Shown here: in pieces, positions 23,622 to 31,631 of the stretch | Layout of the letters: every line of letters starts with the position of its first letter | Numbering within the stretch: the stretch's first letter is position 1 | From: Candidatus Parcubacteria bacterium | GTDB lineage: Bacteria > Patescibacteriota > Minisyncoccia > Phycocordibacterales > UBA918 | Assembly (NCBI GenBank): GCA_046049585.1 | Contig: JBJORD010000069.1 | Coordinates: 1 to 33,052, forward strand | Direction: 5' to 3' | Length of the DNA stretch: 33,052 bases | The notes under the pieces: model-generated | Databases searched by the model: none | The model's input: only the letters and a program-made list of their open reading frames with translations | Told to the model about the DNA's origin: nothing | Translations under genes and position numbers: made by a program

Positions 23622-25499
23622 CTAAAATTGTAGCTCTACGAGTAGTGACATCAAGTACACGACAATTGATTGTAACAAAACAACTATCCGTTGTCGTTCT
23701 TCTGCTGGCATACTTGCTACGGCTGCCTGATTGACGTCTAATGACACCAACAATTCTGCTACTGATGCCAAGAAGCTACTATGATCTTTGATGACAGCGA
23801 TTGAGCTCATACTACTCGTAGAAATAACAGGCGAACTACTAGCGCTCTCTAGGGTTGTTGTGCGCTGACGTGAGCTCGAACCACCACCACTACCTCCTCC
23901 GCCACTGGAAGATACAGCTGTCACGACTGCTGATACAGAAATGTTGGACATGACATTGACGTCAGTTCGAGGGTTATTGGTGTTACCGTCCGACCACGAC
24001 ACAAACTGGTAGCCACTATCAGGAATTACCTGGACCGATGACCCGCTACTACCCGACTCAACAATCTGCGAACCGACTCCGATTAAAGTAGCATTTACTC
24101 CAGGTGCATAAACGACGGTGTAACAGTCAGTGAAACCCAGATCATTGATAGTCCAGTTATAGGTGCTAATAAGAGTAGCCCGCGACGAGCTTGCTGTTGA
24201 ACAGACAGCTGCTGGACTTGTCAAATTAACATTCGATTGTAATGAAGGTAGATTTGACCATCCAATTAAAGTATTCGAGTAGGAGGCAGACGAGAAATTA
24301 GTCGAAAGATCAAACAGTAACGTCATATTCGTCACATTTGCTACATTCCAGTTATTAAGTGGTTGGTTGAAAGCTTCGGCATATGCAAACATGGTCATCA
24401 TATTCGTCACATTTGCTACATTCCAGTTATTGAGGGGTTGGTTGAAACTCTCGGCGCGATTAAACATATATTCCATGTTAGTCACATTTGCTACATTCCA
24501 GTTACTGAGCGGCTGGTTGAAACTCTCGGCGATAGTAAACATATATTCCATGTTCGTCACATTTCCTACATTCCAGTTATTGAGGGGTTGGTTGAAAGCT
24601 TCGGCATAGTAAAACATAAATCCCATGCGCGTCACATTTCCTACGTTCCAGTTATTGAGGGGTTGGTTGAAAGCCCGCGCTGAATTAAACATACCTTCCA
24701 TGTTCGTCACATTAGATACATTCCAGTTGCTGAGTGGCTGATTGAAAGACACGGCGCCTTGAAACATGGAAGTCATATTTGTAACACTACCGACATTCCA
24801 ACTATTAAGTGGCTGATTGAATGCCACTGCTCCGTTAAACATCAAACTCATATCTGTGACATTACTAACGTCCCAGTTATCAAGAGGCTGGTTGAAGTTC
24901 GCTACACCAAAAAACATACTCCCCGTCACTGTGACATTACTAACGTCCCAGTTACTAATACTACTGTTAATGGAAGCAACACCAGAAAACACAGCGCCCA
25001 GATTGGTAACCATCGAGAGATCAGGCGTATCTGATGCAAGCACTTGTAAATTACCTGCCGATCTAAAAGCGGAATTGAAGCTACGCCAAGAAATACTTCC
25101 CCACTGTTCAACCGTTAAAATTTTGAGTCTATCACCACCACCTCCAGCAGTGAACTGTATCTGTGGGAACGTGCCCGTAATATCTACTCGATAGGTACCA
25201 ACACTAGGAAATGTAATGACTAGATCGCCGGTATGCCCCGTACTTGAACCATTGTTTGTATCATTTCCAACTTCTTCCCAATAGACATTATAGTTATACC
25301 CTCCACCTGTAGTCGGAATAGTGATCTGGTTGGTACCTGATACGCCAGGATTATCGGTCTTCCAAGTGGTAGAAAAAGATCCTGGAGTGATAGGACCTGC
25401 TAGTGCTAGATAGGGCGTCAGACTACCACCGATAAACAACATGCAGGCAATAAGCAGGGGTCCGTAGGATCGTGGTAACCAACTGTACAAGATTTTCAT
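23622..25499 (-). CDS. BspA-type / DUF285 leucine-rich-repeat surface protein with a Listeria-Bacteroides repeat domain and a Gly/Ser linker
   Basis: An N-terminal hydrophobic signal/anchor is followed by nine exact-register 25-aa repeats of the form W(N/D)VxNVTxMxxMFxxAxxFNQPLxN, with Trp at residues 184, 209, ... 384. After these come YTVVYAPG...GYQFVSWSDGNTNNPRTDVNV (List-Bact repeat), SSSGGGGSGGGSSS and a hydrophobic C-terminus. Confidence 0.85.
   Translation of the reverse strand: MKILYSWLPRSYGPLLIACMLFIGGSLTPYLALAGPITPGSFSTTWKTDNPGVSGTNQITIPTTGGGYNYNVYWEEVGNDTNNGSSTGHTGDLVITFPSVGTYRVDITGTFPQIQFTAGGGGDRLKILTVEQWGSISWRSFNSAFRSAGNLQVLASDTPDLSMVTNLGAVFSGVASINSSISNWDVSNVTVTGSMFFGVANFNQPLDNWDVSNVTDMSLMFNGAVAFNQPLNSWNVGSVTNMTSMFQGAVSFNQPLSNWNVSNVTNMEGMFNSARAFNQPLNNWNVGNVTRMGFMFYYAEAFNQPLNNWNVGNVTNMEYMFTIAESFNQPLSNWNVANVTNMEYMFNRAESFNQPLNNWNVANVTNMMTMFAYAEAFNQPLNNWNVANVTNMTLLFDLSTNFSSASYSNTLIGWSNLPSLQSNVNLTSPAAVCSTASSSRATLISTYNWTINDLGFTDCYTVVYAPGVNATLIGVGSQIVESGSSGSSVQVIPDSGYQFVSWSDGNTNNPRTDVNVMSNISVSAVVTAVSSSGGGGSGGGSSSRQRTTTLESASSSPVISTSSMSSIAVIKDHSSFLASVAELLVSLDVNQAAVASMPAEERQRIVVLLQSIVVYLMSLLVELQF
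24276..25100. repeat. 75-nt tandem coding repeats (9 clear copies plus about 2 degenerate) of the DUF285 gene
   Basis: The identical 33-nt block catattcgtcacatttgctacattccagttatt occurs at 24324 and again at 24399, exactly 75 nt apart. Neighbouring units share long near-identical stretches. Confidence 0.9.
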
Positions 25500-25505
25500 A
25501 CATTA

Positions 25506-25511
25506 ATTATA
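25506..25511 (-). promoter_or_regulatory. -10 hexamer TATAAT, 6 nt upstream of the DUF285 gene ATG
   Basis: Minus strand reads GCCGTATAATtaatgtATG. The 14-bp palindrome ACTACTATAGTAGT (25527-25540) covers the -35 region. Confidence 0.4.
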
Positions 25512-25579
25512 CGGCATCCTGTTGCAACTACTATAGTAGTACACTGCATAATTACCGATGACAAAGCCGTCACAAGCAG

Positions 25580-26878
25580 CTACTCAGATAAAAAAGCTGC
25601 CTTGGTGTACCGATTGCTTGGCGCCCACACCATCCAACTATCTACACCAGCAGCATAACTGGCATCTATTTGCGCACGCACATCAGCGGCGTCATAATCA
25701 CCACCATAATCAAAGTCTTGAATCCAGGTACGCAACTTACTTGGCGGGTAACTAGCTTTTTGGTATCTAGTTGGTGTACTAGTACCGATTTGCGTATGCA
25801 AAAAACCAGCAATCGTAGTGGTGGTAGCCAACAACCGATCAGCCCCCGACCGCATTGCATGATAGACAATCTGATATGGAACATCATTTGGATCACCCAA
25901 ATCAAGATAATTATTTGGGTAGTGTGAGGGATACACCATTGGTGCAATAACATCAAAGTAAGGTACCGCCCGTTCAAGGACCTGCCCGATGGATAGATCA
26001 TCCGTGTTGGTAGTTGTCATACCAAATAGGTCAGCTGAGGTGTACGGTACTGCATCTGTCCGACCAGTATTAGCATGAGCAACAGTTGCGAATTGTTCCG
26101 GCTTCGACAATTCAGTATGAAGGTACGTAAAAAACGCCTCGAGATTAGCAGCTTTATTGTTTGGCCACTGACCAGCTATCGTATGTGGAAACGAAATGTC
26201 TTGCATGTTACCGTCACTCGGGTACCGTACATAATCAAAATTTAGTTCGTCAAAACCAATATTGTATGACTCTCGCGCCAGAGCGATTATATGATCCCAG
26301 TGTTCACTGGCAGCCACATCAATAAACGACAGCCCTTTCCCATCTTTCCAATTAGTCACACCGTCTGCTCGTTTGACCGCTAGGTGCGGTCGCTCACTGG
26401 CAGTCACCGGATCCTGAAAGACACTGATACGTCCAATCACATAGATACCCGCCTCATGGAGCGACGCTATAAATTCGCGCATATCTCGTGCTCCACAGGT
26501 TGCCTTCTCCCAAGCGCTAGACCATTGACTACCGCTACTCGGAGGAAAAGAGATAGTGCCTGAGTAATCTTTGATATCAATCAAAATACTATTTATTTCA
26601 GTCTCTTGGACCACCTTAACGAGATCATCACGAAAGCTCGGAGTACCTGCTACACAGGCACTCATATAAATTGCCTTGATAGCCGTTGGCTGCGGCACAT
26701 GTTTGATAATTGGTCGATTATCTACTACTTCTGCTCGTGTGGAGGTAGCCTCTGTATCATGTACCAAGATAGTATTATCGCTAGCTGAATACTTAATCGG
26801 CAATACTTCTGGAGCAACAAACAAAACCCCACCCATCCCGAGAATCGGTAGCGCTGCAAAATATAGCCAGGGCTTCAT
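25580..26878 (-). CDS. Putative secreted or anchored glycoside hydrolase, TIM-barrel (COG1306 / DUF4015-like)
   Basis: An N-terminal hydrophobic segment is followed by ..INSILIDIKDYSG.. and ..GFDELNFDYVRYP... I recognise these as the 'putative glycosyl hydrolase domain' family. The recognition is from memory only. Confidence 0.5.
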   Translation of the reverse strand: MKPWLYFAALPILGMGGVLFVAPEVLPIKYSASDNTILVHDTEATSTRAEVVDNRPIIKHVPQPTAIKAIYMSACVAGTPSFRDDLVKVVQETEINSILIDIKDYSGTISFPPSSGSQWSSAWEKATCGARDMREFIASLHEAGIYVIGRISVFQDPVTASERPHLAVKRADGVTNWKDGKGLSFIDVAASEHWDHIIALARESYNIGFDELNFDYVRYPSDGNMQDISFPHTIAGQWPNNKAANLEAFFTYLHTELSKPEQFATVAHANTGRTDAVPYTSADLFGMTTTNTDDLSIGQVLERAVPYFDVIAPMVYPSHYPNNYLDLGDPNDVPYQIVYHAMRSGADRLLATTTTIAGFLHTQIGTSTPTRYQKASYPPSKLRTWIQDFDYGGDYDAADVRAQIDASYAAGVDSWMVWAPSNRYTKAAFLSE

Positions 26879-26887
26879 GACTATAGT

Positions 26888-27124
26888 TTACCTTGAAACG
26901 TCAAAGAGTGGCTCGGTTGTCTCCACAAAAGTCTCACTGGCCCTGGTACTGCCATCATGAGTCAAGGTCGCTAAATACTGGTTACGTCTAATACTGTAAC
27001 CAAGTCCAATCAAAATAATACCGATACTTACAGAGACAACTTGTTTCCACCACAGCGGAATACCCAAATACGGAACAAATATTAGTCCAATACCGAGAAA
27101 AAAAATAGCCGTGCCTTTAGTCAT
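26888..27124 (-). CDS. Small membrane protein with two TM helices (78 aa), function unknown
   Basis: It has two hydrophobic stretches, AIFFLGIGLIFVPYLGIPLWW and VVSVSIGIILIGLGY. It sits at the head of the co-directional gene run. Confidence 0.5.
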   Translation of the reverse strand: MTKGTAIFFLGIGLIFVPYLGIPLWWKQVVSVSIGIILIGLGYSIRRNQYLATLTHDGSTRASETFVETTEPLFDVSR

Positions 27125-27132
27125 TACCGAGC

Positions 27133-27138
27133 AGTATA
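27133..27138 (-). promoter_or_regulatory. -10-like hexamer TATACT, 8 nt upstream of the ATG at 27124
   Basis: Minus strand reads GCGCTATACTgctcggtaATG. Confidence 0.35.
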
Positions 27139-27239
27139 GCGCAGAAGCGTGGAGGTGACAAAATTCCTCTGAGGACGACTCTCAATTAGTCGAATCATGT
27201 ATAACACTTTCTGGTAATCTAGCTCTCCAATACCCAAAT

Positions 27240-27929
27240 CTAGGCAAGGGTCAACACGAGTACAAATTCACCTTTTTGTTTGACTGGCTGACTTTGTAAA
27301 ATCTGTAGTATGTCAGCTGGCGTGCCAACGAGCATCTCTTCATGAAATTTCGTTAATTCACGTCCCAAATGCACTTGTGCATTTGGGTAGCTAGTGGTCA
27401 AAGTTTCCAAGGTTTTCAAAATGCGGTGACTTGCCTCAAGAAAGACTGTGGGATGATCATATAGTTCTAGGTCGGCAAAAAAAGTCTCACGCCCTTTTTT
27501 GCTTGGCACAAACCCTAAAAAACTAAATTGATTACCAGACACTCCCGCGATAGACATAGCGGCAGTAACAGCGGAAGCCCCTGGCACCGCATCCACTCGC
27601 CCCCCAGCCGCACGTACTTGCCTCACTAACATAACACCAGGATCACTAATACCAGGCGTACCCGCATCAGACACCAAGGCCACCGCCTTACCTCCTAGTA
27701 CATCACTCACGACCGCCTGATGAACACTATCTGAGGCGTGGGCATCATAGCGTTTTAGCTTGGCACGTATACCGTGGTGTTTGCAGAGTACACCAGTGGT
27801 TCTCGTGTCTTCACACAATACATAATCAACTTCTTGCAACAGACGTATAGCGCGTAGGGTTATATCTTCTAAGTTACCGATCGGAGTCGCTATTACATAG
27901 AGTACGCCACCTGTAAATGAGTTTTTCAT
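27240..27929 (-). CDS. rsmI: 16S rRNA (cytidine1402-2'-O)-methyltransferase
   Basis: LYVIATPIGNLEDITLRAIRLLQEVDYVLCEDTRTTGVL is the RsmI / tetrapyrrole-methylase-fold signature. Length is 229 aa. Confidence 0.9.
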   Translation of the reverse strand: MKNSFTGGVLYVIATPIGNLEDITLRAIRLLQEVDYVLCEDTRTTGVLCKHHGIRAKLKRYDAHASDSVHQAVVSDVLGGKAVALVSDAGTPGISDPGVMLVRQVRAAGGRVDAVPGASAVTAAMSIAGVSGNQFSFLGFVPSKKGRETFFADLELYDHPTVFLEASHRILKTLETLTTSYPNAQVHLGRELTKFHEEMLVGTPADILQILQSQPVKQKGEFVLVLTLA

Positions 27930-27937
27930 GTTTTCCC

Positions 27938-27946
27938 ATTATACCA
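27938..27946 (-). promoter_or_regulatory. Extended -10 TGGTATAAT, 8 nt upstream of the rsmI ATG
   Basis: Minus strand reads TATATGGTATAATgggaaaacATG, with no SD motif. Confidence 0.45.
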
Positions 27947-28065
27947 TATAATAGAAAAAAGTATAGGCCACTGTAACTTGGCTAGCTGTCCCCTTCACTG
28001 CTTTTTGATTGAATGTTTTTAGGCTTAGGTGTATCGTTTAAGTATTACATAAATAACATTTTTAT

Positions 28066-29106
28066 ATGGCCGATCTAGACTATAACAAAACTTTAAGTTC
28101 GTTTGTTAAAAACGAAGATGTAGACGGGCTACAAGCTGCCTTAGCCACAGGAGCTTCCGCCAATGAACCATGGTACGAACCAGGCAATGAAGTTGCTGGT
28201 GTTGTTGGTGCCATCGAAGTAACCGACTGGTTCGTGCTGCATCAAGCTGCGCAAAAAGGCAACTTGGAAATTGTAGCGGCGCTGACTGAGGCAGGCGCTG
28301 ATGTTAATAAAGAGAACTTCGATAAAGAAACTCCCCTTTTTATGGCAGTGACGGCCAGAAATGAAGAACTAATTAAGTATTTGGCAGAAAAAGGAGCCGA
28401 CCTAAACCATATCAATCATGAACTTTTCACACCGCTATTGGTTTCTGTGTTTAATGGAGATCTAGAGACAACTAAGCTACTCATAGAGCTTGGCGCAGAG
28501 GTAAATCCCTTGCCCGAATACCCAGGACAAGCGATTACCATTATGTTAGGGAATGTCGGTGCCGAGTATCAAGAAGAAATTCTACCCCTGCTTGACCTAC
28601 TCATTGAATCTGGCGCTGATGTAAATAAGCCTGCCAGCAGTGGCTGGACAGCTCTCATATATGCTATTGCAGCTGATCTTGATGTTGTGGCAACACACCT
28701 CCTAGAAAAAGGCCAGGCCGATCCAAACCTAGTACAAGAAAAAGCTGGTATGCCAATGTATGAGGCCGCCAAAAAATCAGACGGCACATTCCTAAAAATG
28801 CTGTTGGCACATAATGGTAATCCTAATGCGGGAGAAGGTTTTGCTAAGCCTATCTTTGCAGCGGCTAATGGCGGTGGAGAAGAGACTGTACAAACCCTAA
28901 TAGATGCTGGTGCTGACATAAATGTAGCAGCCCCTAATGGTCAAACCCCCCTCTTCTTTTCACTACAAAATGATATCGAGGTAACCGAAGCTCTACTCAA
29001 AGCTGGTACCAACAAAGATGCCAAAGACAACGACGGTAAAACCGTATTTGATTGGGCAACCAAGATGGAAAACGAGGAGGTGTTGGCACTACTAGCAAAG
29101 TACTAA
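28066..29106 (+). CDS. Ankyrin-repeat protein (about 9-10 ANK repeats), no signal peptide
   Basis: ANK units recur, for example LHQAAQKGNLEIVAALTEAGADVN, TPLFMAVTARNEELIKYLAEKGADLN, TALIYAIAADLDVVATHLLEKG and QTPLFFSLQNDIEVTEALLKAGTNKD. Confidence 0.9.
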   Translation: MADLDYNKTLSSFVKNEDVDGLQAALATGASANEPWYEPGNEVAGVVGAIEVTDWFVLHQAAQKGNLEIVAALTEAGADVNKENFDKETPLFMAVTARNEELIKYLAEKGADLNHINHELFTPLLVSVFNGDLETTKLLIELGAEVNPLPEYPGQAITIMLGNVGAEYQEEILPLLDLLIESGADVNKPASSGWTALIYAIAADLDVVATHLLEKGQADPNLVQEKAGMPMYEAAKKSDGTFLKMLLAHNGNPNAGEGFAKPIFAAANGGGEETVQTLIDAGADINVAAPNGQTPLFFSLQNDIEVTEALLKAGTNKDAKDNDGKTVFDWATKMENEEVLALLAKY

Positions 29107-29125
29107 ATCGATAAGCTAGAGAAAG

Positions 29126-29156
29126 AAAAGGGCAAGGACTAGGGTCTTGCCCTTTT
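29126..29156. terminator. Bidirectional intrinsic terminator between the convergent ankyrin and DUF218-like genes
   Basis: AAAAGGGCAAG-(9 nt)-CTTGCCCTTTT forms an 11-bp stem with a GGGCAAG/CTTGCCC core. The A4/T4 flanks give a U-run on either strand. Confidence 0.7.
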
Positions 29157-29175
29157 CCTTGCCCGATGAGGCTGT

Positions 29176-29766
29176 TTAGTTCTCAATTCCGTACCTGTGT
29201 TTGACAGGTGGGTACGAAATCTGGTCACGGCTTTTGACCAATCTCATCCACACAAGTAAAACTTTCACCCAGGCCTTGCACTCGTGCCAGAGCTCGAACG
29301 TTGCCCCATCGTTGGTCGCCACAAAATTTGCCTTTCCCCACTTCCACTGATAAAACAGAAACCAGATAAAGCGAACCCTCCACAGGTGCCAGTTTGGAGC
29401 AAAGAAAACAAACTGAGTATCAGCAGGCAAGCTATTAGCTTCCATCGACTTCACTATCCACTTGATTTCTTCAAAGGTACCATAGAAGTTATGACGACTT
29501 TCATTAACAATCACATTATCAAAGAAATGAGTGGTGTGGAGGTACTTTTTTGCAAGTGTACTGAGAGTTGGTCCTCGTCTAAAAGCTTCATCTGTACCTG
29601 CCCCGAAACACCATACACTTGGTTTACTTTTCCGACTTCTTTCATGCCAAACAACTGCGTCATCAATACGCTGCTTCATGTTTGACCCGATGTCTGTACA
29701 GACCATGGCCGACAGATCTTTTTCTGCGTCGTTTGCCAACGGCACCAAAACAGTAAGTCTGGGCAT
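29176..29766 (-). CDS. DUF218 (YdcF/SanA/ElyC-like) domain protein
   Basis: By-eye pattern match: VWCFGAGTD...GPTLSTLAKKYL...IVNESRHNFYGTFEEIKW...FVFFAPNWHLWRVRF versus the DUF218 layout (GG...A..M...L......E..S.NT.EN......LVTS..H..RA). It has a canonical SD, GGGAGG, 6 nt upstream of the ATG. Confidence 0.5.
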   Translation of the reverse strand: MPRLTVLVPLANDAEKDLSAMVCTDIGSNMKQRIDDAVVWHERSRKSKPSVWCFGAGTDEAFRRGPTLSTLAKKYLHTTHFFDNVIVNESRHNFYGTFEEIKWIVKSMEANSLPADTQFVFFAPNWHLWRVRFIWFLFYQWKWGKANFVATNDGATFELWHECKAWVKVLLVWMRLVKSRDQISYPPVKHRYGIEN

Positions 29767-29815
29767 GTGTCGCCTCCCTATATTACGCTACGAAAGTAGC
29801 GTTTCCGAGACACAT
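29765..29815 (-). promoter_or_regulatory. Structured 5' leader of the DUF218-like gene: nested hairpins that pair the start-codon region
   Basis: Minus-strand RNA reads AUGUGUC-ucggaa-ACGCUAC-uuuc-GUAGCGU-aauauaGGGAGGc-GACACAU(G). The inner 7-bp stem (29785-29802) has a 4-nt loop. The outer 7-bp stem pairs 29809-29815 with 29765-29771, which includes the AU of the AUG. Confidence 0.3.
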
Positions 29816-29829
29816 TAAACACTAATTTT

Positions 29830-31122
29830 CTACTGTGTCAATATACTTGCCACCTCTGTCACTGCCCCAGCGCCAATAGTTACTACTACTTCTTTGACCT
29901 CATAGGTGAGTGACTCTTTAACGGCTTGTGCACAAGCCGGGATAGTTTCATATACCTGGACCGGAATTCCCTTTACTCGTAAAGCCTCAGCCATCAGATC
30001 ACTTGATACCCCACTCACATTTTCTTCTCGGGCGGCATAAATCGGTAACAAAAATACCTCGTCAGCCAAACTCAATGCGGTCACAAAATCAGCAAACAAC
30101 TCATGAGTGCGAGAATACGTATGTGATTGGAAAACTACTTTGAGACGACGATCAGGATACAGTTCCCGTACACCAGCAAATGTGGCTCGCAGTTCGGTTG
30201 GATGATGGCCATAATCGTCATAGACGGGTGCCCCTACCACTTCCCCTTTGTATTCAAAGCGTCGCCACGTGCCAGCAAAGTTTTCTAGAGCAGTAGTAGT
30301 AACCGACAAATCGATGCCAAGCCACTCTGCTACGCCCCTGGCTCCAGCGGCATTCATACGATTATGCATACCTGGTTGGCGAAGTGCCAAGGTCAAATCG
30401 ATGAGGGGACGATAATCAATAACTTTTGGCGCAAGGCCAGTCAGAATGGGTAAAATGTTCTCGTCGCCTGTATTAGCGATAATCACCCCATCAGCTGGTA
30501 CGAGACTAGCAAACTCACGAAAGGCACTCTGTACATCGGCGAGGTCTTTGTAGTAGTCAACATGTTCGTACTCAACATTAGTGAGCACGAGCACATCGGG
30601 TCGCAGATGTAAAAAATCTCGTCGGTATTCGCATGCCTCGACCACCGCGTATTTACTTTTCCCTGGCCGAAAATTACTCTTAGTCTTACTTCGTAGCGAC
30701 CCCACAATCACCGTTGGATCAAAACCCGCTTCTTCAAGCACGTCGGCAATCATAGCGGTGGTAGTGGTCTTACCGTGACTTCCTGCCACCGCAATTAGAT
30801 AATACTCATTGGCCACCTGCCCCAGTGCTTCAAAATAGTTAACGACCGGTACCCCAAGAGCACGCGCAGCAAGTAATTCTGGATGATCATGGGGCATAGC
30901 TTCGGTATACACTACAAGATCGAGACTACTAGTAGCACTGATATTCTCGGCTTTTTGTTCGTAAGTAATACTTATACCAAGCTCTTCAAGCCCAACGGTG
31001 ATAAGACTAGACTCCCGATCACTCCCCGTCACGACCGCACCCTCATGGTGCCAAAACCGTGCCAAGGCACTCATTCCGATGCCACCAATGCCAATAAAGT
31101 GAATATGTTTAGTTGAGGGCAT
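29830..31122 (-). CDS. murC: UDP-N-acetylmuramate--L-alanine ligase
   Basis: Motifs are IHFIGIGGIGMSALA, AVAGSHGKTTTTAM and DDYGHHPTE. The ATG at 31122 (MPSTKHIHF..) is preferred to the track start at 31197, which would overlap the upstream gene by 89 nt. Confidence 0.9.
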   Translation of the reverse strand: MPSTKHIHFIGIGGIGMSALARFWHHEGAVVTGSDRESSLITVGLEELGISITYEQKAENISATSSLDLVVYTEAMPHDHPELLAARALGVPVVNYFEALGQVANEYYLIAVAGSHGKTTTTAMIADVLEEAGFDPTVIVGSLRSKTKSNFRPGKSKYAVVEACEYRRDFLHLRPDVLVLTNVEYEHVDYYKDLADVQSAFREFASLVPADGVIIANTGDENILPILTGLAPKVIDYRPLIDLTLALRQPGMHNRMNAAGARGVAEWLGIDLSVTTTALENFAGTWRRFEYKGEVVGAPVYDDYGHHPTELRATFAGVRELYPDRRLKVVFQSHTYSRTHELFADFVTALSLADEVFLLPIYAAREENVSGVSSDLMAEALRVKGIPVQVYETIPACAQAVKESLTYEVKEVVVTIGAGAVTEVASILTQ

Positions 31123-31624
31123 ATGCCGATATAAAACGTTCAATAATAATTCTCTCATCAAGTTCAGGTCGCTGCGTCTTTGCACATTGTGCATCAAAAA
31201 TTGCTATGAGATTACGCGGGATGTACCACTCCATCACAGATTTATTCTCTTCATCATGACTTGGACGGTCTGCAAATGAAACCAATTTTACGGCATGATA
31301 AATGGTTAGTTTTTCAAAAGGTACTTGATTCGGACCAGTGATAATATCAATTTTTGATCCTAAGTATTTGTCGACAGCCCCCACCAAACCAAACTCTTCT
31401 TGCATTCCACGCAATACTGCATCATGAAGTGACTCATTACCTTCAAGTGATTCCCGCATCAAATGCCATACGTCATCAAGATTATCCATCAAGAAATGAA
31501 CATCGGGCGAAATGTCACGTTTGTGAAAATGGTGGACACAAATCTCGTAGTCCTCATTAAAAAGTACGCCGCCAACAGAGATGTGAAATGGCTGTGGTAA
31601 TCCGTACTGATAAAAATTATCCAT
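31109..31624 (-). CDS. NUDIX-fold hydrolase with a divergent Nudix box
   Basis: ESLEGNESLHDAVLRGMQEEFGL aligns with G-x5-E-x7-REUxEExGU, with the first G changed to E and RE changed to RG. The surrounding beta-rich N-terminus (ISVGGVLFNEDYEI) is typical. Confidence 0.55.
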   Translation of the reverse strand: MDNFYQYGLPQPFHISVGGVLFNEDYEICVHHFHKRDISPDVHFLMDNLDDVWHLMRESLEGNESLHDAVLRGMQEEFGLVGAVDKYLGSKIDIITGPNQVPFEKLTIYHAVKLVSFADRPSHDEENKSVMEWYIPRNLIAIFDAQCAKTQRPELDERIIIERFISAYALN

Positions 31625-31631
31625 ACAAAAT

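Noticed and set aside
24276-25100. The tandem 75-nt repeats as a CRISPR array
   Set aside because: The units are contiguous, with no unique spacers. They are in frame within a long ORF and encode a known protein repeat. No cas genes are present.
24363-25194. Plus-strand ORFs inside the DUF285 repeats (24363-24683, 24367-24609, 24759-25034, 24817-25194), which themselves look repetitive
   Set aside because: Their periodicity is only the antisense reading of the 75-nt coding repeats. The minus-strand frame gives the well-known DUF285 consensus.
23622-25499. The N-x-T sequons (NVT, NMT) present in every DUF285 repeat as evidence of N-glycosylation by the neighbouring glycan genes
   Set aside because: NVTxM is part of the general DUF285 repeat consensus in many organisms. 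No oligosaccharyltransferase of the PglB or HMW1C type is recognisable here, so the sequons alone are not evidence.
29783-29815. A ten-codon uORF (MCLGNATFVA) in the DUF218 leader
   Set aside because: It has no SD or -10 context of its own and overlaps the hairpin arms. It is most simply a by-product of the stem sequence (AUGUGUC).
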